DNA from: Candidatus Gugararchaeum adminiculabundum
GTDB taxonomy: Archaea; Micrarchaeota; Micrarchaeia; Burarchaeales; Gugararchaeaceae
Reading direction: 5' to 3'
DNA length: 64,000 nt
Assembly (NCBI GenBank): GCA_902384795.1
Contig: CABMDC010000004.1
Location: 1,002-65,001, forward strand
Under the pieces are notes generated by a model. That model saw only the letters and a list, made by a program, of their open reading frames with translations, was not told the origin of the DNA and ran no database searches. Shown in pieces: positions 47,801 through 55,764 of the stretch. Every line of letters begins with the position of its first letter. Position 1 is the first letter of the stretch. A program made the translations under genes and the position numbers.

Positions 47801-50800
47801 TTGTCGGATCGCTTGCTTTTTCGAGCCTTAGTTTGTTTCTCAATTCGCCAAGCGCGGTTTTTACCTGCTTGCTTTCCTCGTAAATGTCCAGCACCTTGTT
47901 GTCACTTGCATATTTTTTGGAGGGATCCGGGTGAACTGTCATTTCCTTCAAATCGAGCTTATTCCTGACTTCGCCCAGGGCGGCTTTTAGTTCATTCTTA
48001 TCAACAGGCTCTTTGTTGACCGCCTTGTCAAGAACAGCTTTTGATTGCGGGGAGATTTCAGTGTCAATTCCAATAACTTTTCCTCCTGTTGCCCTGGTCC
48101 TAACCGCGCCATCCAGGACAAAGCGCGAGGCAAATGACAGTTCTTCGCGGGAATAGGGGGTGGCTTCGTGCATGAACTCATGGACCAGCAGGCCGGATAT
48201 GCGGGGTATGTCTAGGCCTTTGCTAGGTTCATAGCGTATCATAATAACCGGAGGATCCTTGCCCGTAGCGTCAACGATATGCAAACCAGCGGTTCTTCCG
48301 CCCTTGCCGGGCGGCAAAATCCGATCCATTGTCACGCCGTCCACAAACAGGAATTTGACGCCTGTGTATTTCCGTGCAAAATCCGGGGAATAGGACTTCT
48401 CAAGATTCCCCAGCGCTTTTCTTGCAATAACTGTCAGGTCGCGCATTTCATTAAGTGTTTCTCCTTTGGGCACTTCCAGGCCAGAGCCAATGTAGATTTT
48501 TGCCCCTTCTCCCTTCGGGACATTTGCTTCGTTCAAGCACTTCCGGGCAAAGGCGCTCTGCTGTTCGGAAGTGTGCAGCTGCATCGCCTGCCATGTCCCT
48601 TTCGCGTCGCGCACATAGCCAAGTTTTGTCAGAGCGTCCGCGCTCTTGAATTCCCATCCGTTTTTATCTATGTTCCAGAGCAGGCCTCCTTTTCCTTCTG
48701 AATTCTTGATGCGGCCGACTTCCCAAATTATCGTATCCCCGCTGGGCGTAGTCACCTGAAGTTTTCCCTCGCCTACTGTCTTCACTTGCGTGGGCCCGAG
48801 CACCGTGGCCGCTTCCTCAAAAAATCGTCCGTTGTAATCGATGTAAGTCATTGGGCCGGAGGTGGAGAGCGTGGTGGAACGTTCCCCTTTCGGGGCTTGT
48901 GGAAGCATCTCTCCTGACATCACTCCGTCATAAATAATCCGTGCAGCCTGCATTCTGCGCAGCTCGGTAAACTTCTGCTGTGGGGTCAACTTCCTCCACT
49001 CGGGCGATTTCACCATGTCTTCGTAGGGTTTTCTCATTTCAGGGGAAGTTTTGAGCTTGCCTGCAAGATCGATGATTTTCTGCTCAATCGGAATTTCAGT
49101 TTCAGTAACCGGCGCGCGCGGCCGTGTTCCTGTTCTGTTTCTGTCAGTAGTTTCAGATTCCGGAATGTCGGTTCCGATCCGCTTGGTTTTGGGCGCGGCT
49201 TTTTCAACCGGTGTTTGCGCTTCATGCGGATTCTCCCTTGAGGCGGCAATCCTTACCTTTGATTCCGCAACCGGCGTTTTTGTTTCAGTTTCAACTTTTG
49301 CAGTTATTTTTGTTTCAGTTTTCACCGCAGGTTCCGGAGCCGTTGTTTTCTTGGCAATTTCGGTTTTCGGAGCCGTTGCCTTGGTTTCCGTTCCTTTCTC
49401 TATGGGAGTTATTTTCGCTTTGCCATCTGTTTTTTTCGCCCCGCCAATTTGGTTCAGAAGGTCTGCGCGGCGATCAAACTCCTTGCCAAGGACTACTCCC
49501 TCCGCTGGTGCCGTTTCTGGAACTATCGCGGATTTTGAAGTTGCTGTTTCAACTGGGCGCGCTGATGCTGGAACTAATCCGCCGGCGCCCACTTCCGCCT
49601 TTGCCCTTCCGACTGCAAAATAATTCATCACATCCTGTGGAATTTTATTCACTTCGCGGCTAAGAGTCGGCATGTCCAGCTGTTTTCCGGTTGCGCCCTT
49701 GTACATATGCCCAAGAAAAACAAGGTTGACCGCGATGCTGGACACATCATTCATTATTCGCTCGGAATCTCCCCGGTTTTGTACAATATCATAAATCAAA
49801 GTTCCGCTGTTCTTGACCATATCTGTTCCCATCATGATTGACCCGGCTTTGGAAGCAATCCTGGCTGCAGTGCTTCCCTCCTGCGCGACTTTGCCCAGGC
49901 TTCCTCCGAATACCATGGTCGCATCAACGCCCAGCCTCCAGGCGTCTTCACCGCTGAACTTGCCTGTCGTATAGGTGTTATACCCGGTTCTGCCCATGTC
50001 ATAAAGCGCCTGCGCCTGGAAATACAGTATCGCTTTCTCTCCTGCAAATCTCAAGCCAGCGCTCCACGCGCTTGCCGCAGCAACTCCTTCAGGCTGCAAA
50101 GTGAGCAGGCTCAGCAGCGTCAGAATCGGCGGGCCAGCCTGCATTGCAGTGTCCACTCCAGCCTGCACAAAAGTATTCGTGTTCTCATAGTTCATCTTGG
50201 ATTCAAAACCAGCGAATGCACCCGACACAAATTGGTGCTTGTATTTAGTATACGAAGCCTTGTCGGTTACTGATGCAAGCATGTTTGCGCCTGCAGTGAG
50301 CCCGCTGATTGAATCCCCAAGAACAGTCGCCTTCTGGCTTTTGGACAAGCCGGTTTCGCCTGCCACGTAATCAAACGCAGTTCCCATGTACAGCATAAGC
50401 TGATCGAAATGTTTGCCATTGAGTTCTGCATCTACCGCTGCCCCGTCTTTTCGAAGCAATCTTGAGTAAAGTGTATTCGCCGCAATGCTGAACCCGTTTG
50501 CATTGCTTTCAAGACTAACCCACTCTTTTCCTTCCACTGACCTTGCAAGATTTCTGACCCAGAGTACGGTGGTGTCTTTCGTGCCAAGCTTGGAGATATC
50601 GTCGTGCAATTTGTCCGCAACCATTTTGAGGCTCTGGGAGAGGAACACAGCGTAATCAACCGTGCCGTTCTTATTCACCCAGTCATAGTGCGCGTTCTTG
50701 CCTTCGTTCCAAGTTCTTGCAAGCCCCTGGATGCGGCCCCTCATCACCAAACTAACGTCCGGGCAATTGCTGAAGTTTTTCGCATACTGATCAGTGAGAA

Positions 50801-52373
50801 AACTAAATGTCTTCATTGCATTCGGCTCGCTCACTATTTTTGCAAGCGCCACATCCCCTTTCCGGATTTTCTGATTGATCAGCGTAAGCTGCTCCAGAGT
50901 TGCTCGATTGCTCTTGTCCCCGCTATTTATCAGAGCCTGCGCGCAGCCATTGAGCATTGAAAGTGACGGGACCGCATATTGAAGGTCAATACTGAGATTT
51001 TCATGTCTTTTCAGTGCTGCTTCACGCTGTTCCGGAGTTGTTGCGTTTTTGAGGTCCGCGTTTACGCTGGTTATTCTGTCCTCCCACACAGAACCCCGCA
51101 GAAACTGTAGCGAACCTCTTGGAGAGGTAATCCCCGCTAGCTGATTTCTGGTGCTTGCTTCTGCGCTAGCCACCTGAAAGTTAGTGAACATGTCGCTGAA
51201 TTCTTTCAGAAGCCCGGGCAGGTCTTCAGGCTTTGCCCCCTGGAGCCTTGAACGCATGTCCGTGAGTTCTGATTTCCAGTTTTTGCGCATTTCAAGCAAA
51301 GTCGGATCCCCTGCGCCTTTGTTCGTGCGCAGGTTTGCTTCGAAAGCTTCCAGGGTTTTGTCGCACATATCAATTGCCATGCCCTGCTTCTGGGCAGTGT
51401 CCCTGGCGACTGCCTCTTTTATGATCGGAGCCATTTTTGTTTCAAAAGCCTGCATTTCGGTTCCAAGTTTTTTCTCCAGGGCAGTTGCTTTTGCCTCAAG
51501 CTTTGAAAAATTGTCGAAATGGTTCAACGAATCGGCGTATAATTTTTGGGATGTTTTCTCGTCGCCGTTAGCCAGCGCATCCACTGCCTTACGGTAATCG
51601 GAATTCATTGCGTCGTGCTCTTTTTTCATCTGCTTCTGCATATCACTGAGCTCTTTTGTGGCGCTCTCGATACCACTGGCATAACCTTTTGTCTTTGGAT
51701 TGGCTTGCAGCATGGGCTTGAAGTTTTCCAGTTCTTGTTTTCCCGCATCAATGTTCTGCGCAATAACTGCAAACCTGGCTTCGTTTGTGGTGGATTTTTC
51801 AGAGCAGGAGTATATGCTGGTTAAAACAAATACCTGTGTTTGGTAAATACTTTTAAGGCGCGTCTGGACTTTTTGCGAGTTCAGCTCTAATTCAGGCAGC
51901 GTTGACAGGGTCTGCATCTCGGTCTTCAAATCATTGAGCTTTCCTAGGACGAAATTCTTTGTTTCCAGTGGAAGAACGACTTGTTCAGTTAATGTAGTTA
52001 GGTGGTCTATAGCCGCTATTCCATTCTGCACATATTCCTTGTTGGTCAGTATTTGCCCGGTTTGCTGCCGTGGGGCAGTCGGGGCGATTATAGCTGCCGG
52101 CGCCTGGACAGCCTTGGGTTCCACTGGCTTTTCCGGTTGAGTCGCGTTCTTTAGGTTGTCAAAAGTCTTATCCGCAGGAGGAGTAGTTAGGATATTGTCA
52201 GTATTTAGGAGACCTGTTTTTTTATGCTCGAGGCCGCCCAGAAATTGGGTTACAAATGCTCCCTGGGCCTGTTTTTGCAGTTGCGCTGCTTTTTGCGCTT
52301 CCGCTGGCGATTGTATTGGAGCGACTGCCTGTTTCAGCCCCCCCTCCTCAGGCTCTTTTTTATACCCGGTCAT
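44862..52373 (-). CDS. giant 2503-aa protein with one HExxH zincin-like motif
   Basis: Uninterrupted 7.5-kb ORF with no N-terminal signal peptide. The N-terminal ~650 aa are coiled-coil-like. A Gly/Ala-rich hydrophobic patch spans about aa 690-890. A Lys/Thr/Glu/Pro low-complexity linker spans about aa 980-1100. LLVHEFMHEATPY places HEFMH at nt 48168-48182. There is an internal repeat ALGEVRNKL / ALGELRNKL. The C-terminal ~300 aa are unassigned. Confidence 0.85.
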   Translation of the reverse strand: MTGYKKEPEEGGLKQAVAPIQSPAEAQKAAQLQKQAQGAFVTQFLGGLEHKKTGLLNTDNILTTPPADKTFDNLKNATQPEKPVEPKAVQAPAAIIAPTAPRQQTGQILTNKEYVQNGIAAIDHLTTLTEQVVLPLETKNFVLGKLNDLKTEMQTLSTLPELELNSQKVQTRLKSIYQTQVFVLTSIYSCSEKSTTNEARFAVIAQNIDAGKQELENFKPMLQANPKTKGYASGIESATKELSDMQKQMKKEHDAMNSDYRKAVDALANGDEKTSQKLYADSLNHFDNFSKLEAKATALEKKLGTEMQAFETKMAPIIKEAVARDTAQKQGMAIDMCDKTLEAFEANLRTNKGAGDPTLLEMRKNWKSELTDMRSRLQGAKPEDLPGLLKEFSDMFTNFQVASAEASTRNQLAGITSPRGSLQFLRGSVWEDRITSVNADLKNATTPEQREAALKRHENLSIDLQYAVPSLSMLNGCAQALINSGDKSNRATLEQLTLINQKIRKGDVALAKIVSEPNAMKTFSFLTDQYAKNFSNCPDVSLVMRGRIQGLARTWNEGKNAHYDWVNKNGTVDYAVFLSQSLKMVADKLHDDISKLGTKDTTVLWVRNLARSVEGKEWVSLESNANGFSIAANTLYSRLLRKDGAAVDAELNGKHFDQLMLYMGTAFDYVAGETGLSKSQKATVLGDSISGLTAGANMLASVTDKASYTKYKHQFVSGAFAGFESKMNYENTNTFVQAGVDTAMQAGPPILTLLSLLTLQPEGVAAASAWSAGLRFAGEKAILYFQAQALYDMGRTGYNTYTTGKFSGEDAWRLGVDATMVFGGSLGKVAQEGSTAARIASKAGSIMMGTDMVKNSGTLIYDIVQNRGDSERIMNDVSSIAVNLVFLGHMYKGATGKQLDMPTLSREVNKIPQDVMNYFAVGRAKAEVGAGGLVPASARPVETATSKSAIVPETAPAEGVVLGKEFDRRADLLNQIGGAKKTDGKAKITPIEKGTETKATAPKTEIAKKTTAPEPAVKTETKITAKVETETKTPVAESKVRIAASRENPHEAQTPVEKAAPKTKRIGTDIPESETTDRNRTGTRPRAPVTETEIPIEQKIIDLAGKLKTSPEMRKPYEDMVKSPEWRKLTPQQKFTELRRMQAARIIYDGVMSGEMLPQAPKGERSTTLSTSGPMTYIDYNGRFFEEAATVLGPTQVKTVGEGKLQVTTPSGDTIIWEVGRIKNSEGKGGLLWNIDKNGWEFKSADALTKLGYVRDAKGTWQAMQLHTSEQQSAFARKCLNEANVPKGEGAKIYIGSGLEVPKGETLNEMRDLTVIARKALGNLEKSYSPDFARKYTGVKFLFVDGVTMDRILPPGKGGRTAGLHIVDATGKDPPVIMIRYEPSKGLDIPRISGLLVHEFMHEATPYSREELSFASRFVLDGAVRTRATGGKVIGIDTEISPQSKAVLDKAVNKEPVDKNELKAALGEVRNKLDLKEMTVHPDPSKKYASDNKVLDIYEESKQVKTALGELRNKLRLEKASDPTILQNYKEQAALAQKYPNLNKVFQGMHEGLTEYFTGKATGRKSTGYTNEVARIEEFSKFLGKNGDEILFKALTSGDYTPIIKGLEKYYNGKGLNSELAVTNKLKVFEQTQGNALGAASKEGGPPHDENEPGTARVEPEPVAKAPVLTDQMIKGFWDELKIHNASLHSQGIASMMPNVDYETFRERALVPGTREANYCEGKAKELESGNAVTAPKPYTEIKQGEAAGLKAKTQTEETDPMLTAWDAMNTMRRARGDPPIKLSEFLTEVADNKNAAAAIPKEKSVPVARPETEISPNEAAGKGGAQVQTPAATSAEIATRIGPETFDKMFQGSVEGAKAPENTNAWARQSEVYGSDRRYQLPTDVAKGLRTLSDLTEVPRNEFYDTVAPKFGEAQDRYINWQNVMETETSDLRRIDDAVARGLDSKTGMYRVKNADGSTKFLHPDDVQAKKAEAENRIDAAEGKYRKSVESAFDTLQKEGLTKDQILKAFNAPKKSGGEHAPAQKKVNKETATVEKPSSEETAPVQIGDLKNSTPKELANLLSKPEHRTNAANELADRIGSEGVRTEDLLPDIFDAIHKNGDLASDKSVSDLLRKINRKLERDSRYSQTENNLVEASLPYLEKNPDAKVIASIINSLDPVKDSRGEFVQAPDLDAGKIDARSLVDTLSRTDGINREAILQVVKYLPELTTTGVEFEGKNIHLNDFADMLKNDGRFEYNGHMQFVEMKLFTKEQIASFKKNYEIDPSARKTWNESTIKDMTLEEYTHLVKDKGSGNLLVHAMTPDENLQTKIFESGHLIGRGIYEERTNNGIKTNRISTPYVHTVVNGAAVDISDIAIVLPLEAAMENGHGFAYDPLMNSKTKADSPLMGLSDDPLHKSHEVDLDLGVVLMPKSKKAQYEKTFSDLEAAGHEKPRVYYYEGKNLAEGLENFRKETGITENPQKKVRISAAPKPARAIFANAVGSYGSDLIQGRSFEALAITSK

Positions 52374-52433
52374 CCGAATATATCTTGCAACTTAGGGGAT
52401 TAATATATATTCCTTATACCCCAAGTAAACCCG

Positions 52434-53288
52434 ATGATTGACAACGCTGACCTGTACGAGGGCGTAAAATTCATGGAAGAAAAGCAGTACGCGAAAGCGA
52501 TAGTGAGCTTGGACGATATTGCGCATAAAAAAGGCGAATGCTTCGAGATTTACGAGCTCCAGGGAATGTGCTATTATCACATGGAAGACTGGCGGAACGC
52601 GGTAAGAACCCTCGCAACAGCCATTTCCTATCTGGAATCCCCGCAACCTAATCTCTATCAGTTCAAGGGGCTCGCGAACCTATACCTGGGCGAGTTTTCA
52701 TTCTCGGTCCATGATTTGTTCCTGGCGCTCCGCTACACCCCGGTTGAAACGCTTTCCGGCGAAGCGGACCTGCTTTCAAACATCTTTTTCGCGTGCGTGC
52801 TCGCAGGCGATGAGAGGGCGCATAAGATTTTCGATTTGGGTTACAGCCATTGCCCTGAAAGGATGATGGATAACATACAGCAGCTGTTTGACTCGTTTTT
52901 CGTCAAAATGAACGTTCCCCAAGATGAAAAAATCGCAATGCAGGAGCAAATCAACCAATTGAAGGAGCAGGCAGAAGCGGACCAGAAAGTAATTGAGAAG
53001 ATGACCGCTGCACGGGGAGAAAAGCTTACTGCGCTCATTGACAATCTGAAGAATTTGAAAATCGCGAAAAAACCTGAAAATCCCCTTAACTACGAGGCAC
53101 GGGACAAAATCAAGGAATTGGTAGGGGCGGAAGAGGAAAAGCCCGAAGAGCAGGGTGAAGAGACAACAGCCGAAATTCCTGTTCCCAGAGAGGAAAAGAA
53201 AGAAGCTCCTAAGCCAAAGGAGAGGAAAACAGGGAAAGAAGCTGCTGACGATTTCATCAAAAAAATCAAGAATAGGGGCAAGAAATAG
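52434..53288 (+). CDS. TPR-like protein with Lys/Glu-rich tail
   Basis: 284 aa. TPR-like helices (KQYAKAIVSLDDI, WRNAVRTLATAISY) and an EEKPEEQGEE...KERKTGKE tail. TAATATATAT lies about 25 nt upstream, in the 60-nt gap shared with the giant ORF. Confidence 0.65.
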   Translation: MIDNADLYEGVKFMEEKQYAKAIVSLDDIAHKKGECFEIYELQGMCYYHMEDWRNAVRTLATAISYLESPQPNLYQFKGLANLYLGEFSFSVHDLFLALRYTPVETLSGEADLLSNIFFACVLAGDERAHKIFDLGYSHCPERMMDNIQQLFDSFFVKMNVPQDEKIAMQEQINQLKEQAEADQKVIEKMTAARGEKLTALIDNLKNLKIAKKPENPLNYEARDKIKELVGAEEEKPEEQGEETTAEIPVPREEKKEAPKPKERKTGKEAADDFIKKIKNRGKK

Positions 53289-53347
53289 GGAAACCCTATC
53301 TAACCCGCCCTAAAGCCTTTTATGTTTCAGAATCCATAACTTATTCT

Positions 53348-54232
53348 ATGACAAGGGAGGATTTGCTGAACAAGACCGCACATGAACTGGTTAGCAAGGG
53401 CTATGAATCCTATTCCTGCGCTGGCACGCATTCCTGCTTTGACATTGCTGCCAAGAAAGGGCAGACCATGCTCGTAAAAGTATTGGAGAACATTGACGCA
53501 TTAACTGAAGAGCAGGCCCAGGCGATCAAAAGCACTGCGTCCATGCTGAAAGGCGAAAGCTTCCTGGTTGGTGAAAGGGCGCGCGACATTAAACTCGAAG
53601 ATGGTGTGATCTATGAGAGATACTCTGTTCCGGCCGGGAATGTTGCAACTTTCAAAATGGTGATTGAAAACGAGTATCCCATTTTCAAGAAAATCCACAA
53701 GGGGGTTGCGAAAATCGACGGGAAAATGATGGAAAAGGCGCGCGAAAAAGCAAAATTAAGCATTGCCGACCTTGCGAAGAAAACAAACATTTCACGCGAA
53801 ACGCTTTACAGGTATGAAAAGAATGAGATTTGTGCGAGCAGGGAAAATGTCGAGGCGATTGAGAAAATTGTGCATGAGAAGATTGCAACCAAATTCGACC
53901 CGTTTGAAGCAAGCTCGCATTCTACTCCGCGCACTTTCAAGTTCATTGGCATTGATGCGATTCATGTGAAAAATCCGTTTGACCTTTTTGCAGCTGACAA
54001 GGAAAGGAAAAACAAATTCATTGCAGAAACCAAGCATGATGTGAGAACTCTCACGAAGAGGGCGGGCATGCTGGACAAGCTGGGCGAGATGTTCGATTCG
54101 CGCTATTTCATCTTCTCGCGCAAGGAAAAGAAGGACAATATCGCGGGAATACCGGTTGTGAAGCAGGAGGAGATTGGCGAGCTGAAAAACGTGAAGCAGC
54201 TGATCAAACTGGTGGAAGAGCGAGCTAACTAA
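53348..54232 (+). CDS. HTH (XRE-type) transcriptional regulator, COG1395-like
   Basis: 294 aa with a central LSIADLAKKTNISRETLYRYEKNE helix-turn-helix. Confidence 0.6.
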   Translation: MTREDLLNKTAHELVSKGYESYSCAGTHSCFDIAAKKGQTMLVKVLENIDALTEEQAQAIKSTASMLKGESFLVGERARDIKLEDGVIYERYSVPAGNVATFKMVIENEYPIFKKIHKGVAKIDGKMMEKAREKAKLSIADLAKKTNISRETLYRYEKNEICASRENVEAIEKIVHEKIATKFDPFEASSHSTPRTFKFIGIDAIHVKNPFDLFAADKERKNKFIAETKHDVRTLTKRAGMLDKLGEMFDSRYFIFSRKEKKDNIAGIPVVKQEEIGELKNVKQLIKLVEERAN

Positions 54233-54245
54233 ATTCAAACTAATT

Positions 54246-54255
54246 CTTTTTAAGT
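54246..54255 (+). promoter_or_regulatory. candidate tRNA promoter TATA box
   Basis: CTTTTTAAGT lies 28-37 nt upstream of tRNA position 1. Confidence 0.35.
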
Positions 54256-54282
54256 ACAGGCGGCATATTCTAGCTAATTCAC

Positions 54283-54391
54283 GGGCCCGTGTGGCAACCT
54301 GGATAACCGGCGGGGCTTCGAATAGCCCTTTTGCGCAAGGCGCATGGTTGGAGGCAACCCCGAGATATGGGTTCAAATCCCGTCGGGCCCG
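54283..54391 (+). tRNA. tRNA-Arg (anticodon UCG) with 35-nt intron after position 37
   Basis: Folded by hand. Acceptor stem GGGCCCG/CGGGCCC. Anticodon stem CGGGG/CCCCG, with loop CT-TCG-AA once 54322-54356 is removed. T arm ATGGG-TTCAAAT-CCCGT. Discriminator G, no encoded CCA, T-tract follows. Mature length 74 nt. The D stem is only 3 bp (UGG/CCG). Confidence 0.8.
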
Positions 54392-54453
54392 TTTTTCTTT
54401 TTTCGCTCTCTTTTTATCACAACTTTATATACTTTTTCACACATAAGCAAATC

Positions 54454-54930
54454 ATGAAAGCTTCCGCCGTAATCAGATTGGATTCTGATATAATCGCACT
54501 TGACCTGACGCAGATAGAGAGCCTGCATCCAGCCGCATATAACTGTGGAACCAAAGGGGGCAAAGCTCTCCCGCAAAATCTTGTTTTCACTATGACTTTC
54601 CAGCGGGCTTTGCTGGAGAGCGTAACCAATGGAGAGGCAACCCGCTATCCAGAAGCCCCGATTCCGGTAGTTAATGACGAAATGACAGAGGTCGGTTTGA
54701 CGAAAATACTCGGGAAGGTTGCGATAGTGGTAACTACTTCCATAGACAACCCGAAAAAATCGGAAAGCCAAATAACCGTTATCGGGCGCAGGGAAGACAA
54801 AGAGAAAGTGAATATCCTGATGGGCATCGTCACGCAGCAGATAGAACAGTTGCAGACTACGCGGAAATTCAGAGAACTGGATGCCCCCACTAGACAAAAA
54901 CTCGGGGAAATGGCGAAACTCAGCCACTAA
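54454..54930 (+). CDS. hypothetical protein
   Basis: 158 aa from ATG 54454, with CTTTATATAC about 25 nt upstream. The track's longer ORF (54331) overlaps the tRNA and was trimmed. Confidence 0.55.
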   Translation: MKASAVIRLDSDIIALDLTQIESLHPAAYNCGTKGGKALPQNLVFTMTFQRALLESVTNGEATRYPEAPIPVVNDEMTEVGLTKILGKVAIVVTTSIDNPKKSESQITVIGRREDKEKVNILMGIVTQQIEQLQTTRKFRELDAPTRQKLGEMAKLSH

Positions 54931-55003
54931 CTAGGGACGAAGAAAAATAAAACTAGAAAAAGAACTTTAAAAGAAATTAAAAAAATTAAAGATTAAAAGA
55001 AAC

Positions 55004-55369
55004 CTATCCCTTTCTGCTTTTTACGATTTTTACCTTGGTAGGTGTCAGAAGGATCTTGTCATTGTCAATCCTTGCCATGTCGCCGTTCATCTTGCCCACA
55101 TGGTCCTTCAGCTTCGCGAGAATGCTCTTCAGCGCAGCCGCGTTCCTTGCCATGGGCGCGATGTTAAGCAGGATTATGTTCTTCTGTGCGAGCTCCTGGG
55201 TTATGACCTTGACATCATCCTCGTTCTCGAGCGCAACGGGCTTGATGTAGAAATCAGCCGCCTCGTGCAACACGTCGACATTCTCGAGCTCCACTGCATC
55301 CATATACTCCTCGATATCAGTGTCCTTGTTGACGCCAAGGGCGCCTGTCAATTTCTTGATTATGCTCAC
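55004..55369 (-). CDS. sepF: SepF-like cell-division protein (DUF552)
   Basis: 121 aa. It follows the pattern FYIKPVALENEDDVKVITQELAQKNIILLNI ... GDMARIDNDKILLTPTKVKI typical of SepF. Confidence 0.65.
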   Translation of the reverse strand: MSIIKKLTGALGVNKDTDIEEYMDAVELENVDVLHEAADFYIKPVALENEDDVKVITQELAQKNIILLNIAPMARNAAALKSILAKLKDHVGKMNGDMARIDNDKILLTPTKVKIVKSRKG

Positions 55370-55468
55370 TGCATCACCTCAATAATTTAACATAAACTGT
55401 CTATTTTCTGAGATATAATGCAGAAAGGGTTAATAAACATTCCCGCACCAACCCAGAAAACGAACCAC

Positions 55469-55705
55469 ATGAAAGCCACAATCGTACTTGCACTGGCACT
55501 TATTTTGCTTGCAGGGACAGCATTTGCAGCGGAGATCGCCGCAGAAAATTCGAGCGCAAGCATCGGAGCCGGGAATAGCGGCCAGGCGGGCGAAGGAAGC
55601 GGAGTAGAGGCCGCAAAAGGCGAATTCGACCCATTAATAGTCGCGCTCGGCATTTTCGTGGCGGTTCTAATCGCAATCATCTACCTGGTCATCCGGGGCA
55701 GGTAA
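55469..55705 (+). CDS. small secreted, C-terminally anchored protein
   Basis: MKATIVLALALILLAGTAFA signal peptide, Gly/Ser/Ala-rich middle, C-terminal TM helix ending RGR. Confidence 0.5.
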   Translation: MKATIVLALALILLAGTAFAAEIAAENSSASIGAGNSGQAGEGSGVEAAKGEFDPLIVALGIFVAVLIAIIYLVIRGR

Positions 55706-55764
55706 GCGGGCGATAAATCCACGAGAGTAAGGAAAAAGGTTATTAAAACTAATAATGTAATCAA

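Noticed and set aside
44901-52441. About 40 track ORFs on the plus strand (and short minus-strand ones) within the giant gene
   Set aside because: All are nested in or antisense to one continuous 2503-codon frame, and none has independent start signals.
54331-54453. N-terminal 41 codons of track ORF 54331..54930
   Set aside because: They overlap the tRNA-Arg gene and its T-tract. A TATA box at 54421-54432 and ATG 54454 give a cleaner gene. Similar trimming was applied at 21711-21803 (overlaps the upstream gene) and 40562-40657 (overlaps the divergent gene).
55370-55764. Origin recognition boxes next to orc1/cdc6
   Set aside because: I found no repeated ORB or mini-ORB-like motif (such as a CCA...GGAAA core) occurring more than once. 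Only generic AT-rich sequence and TATA boxes are present.
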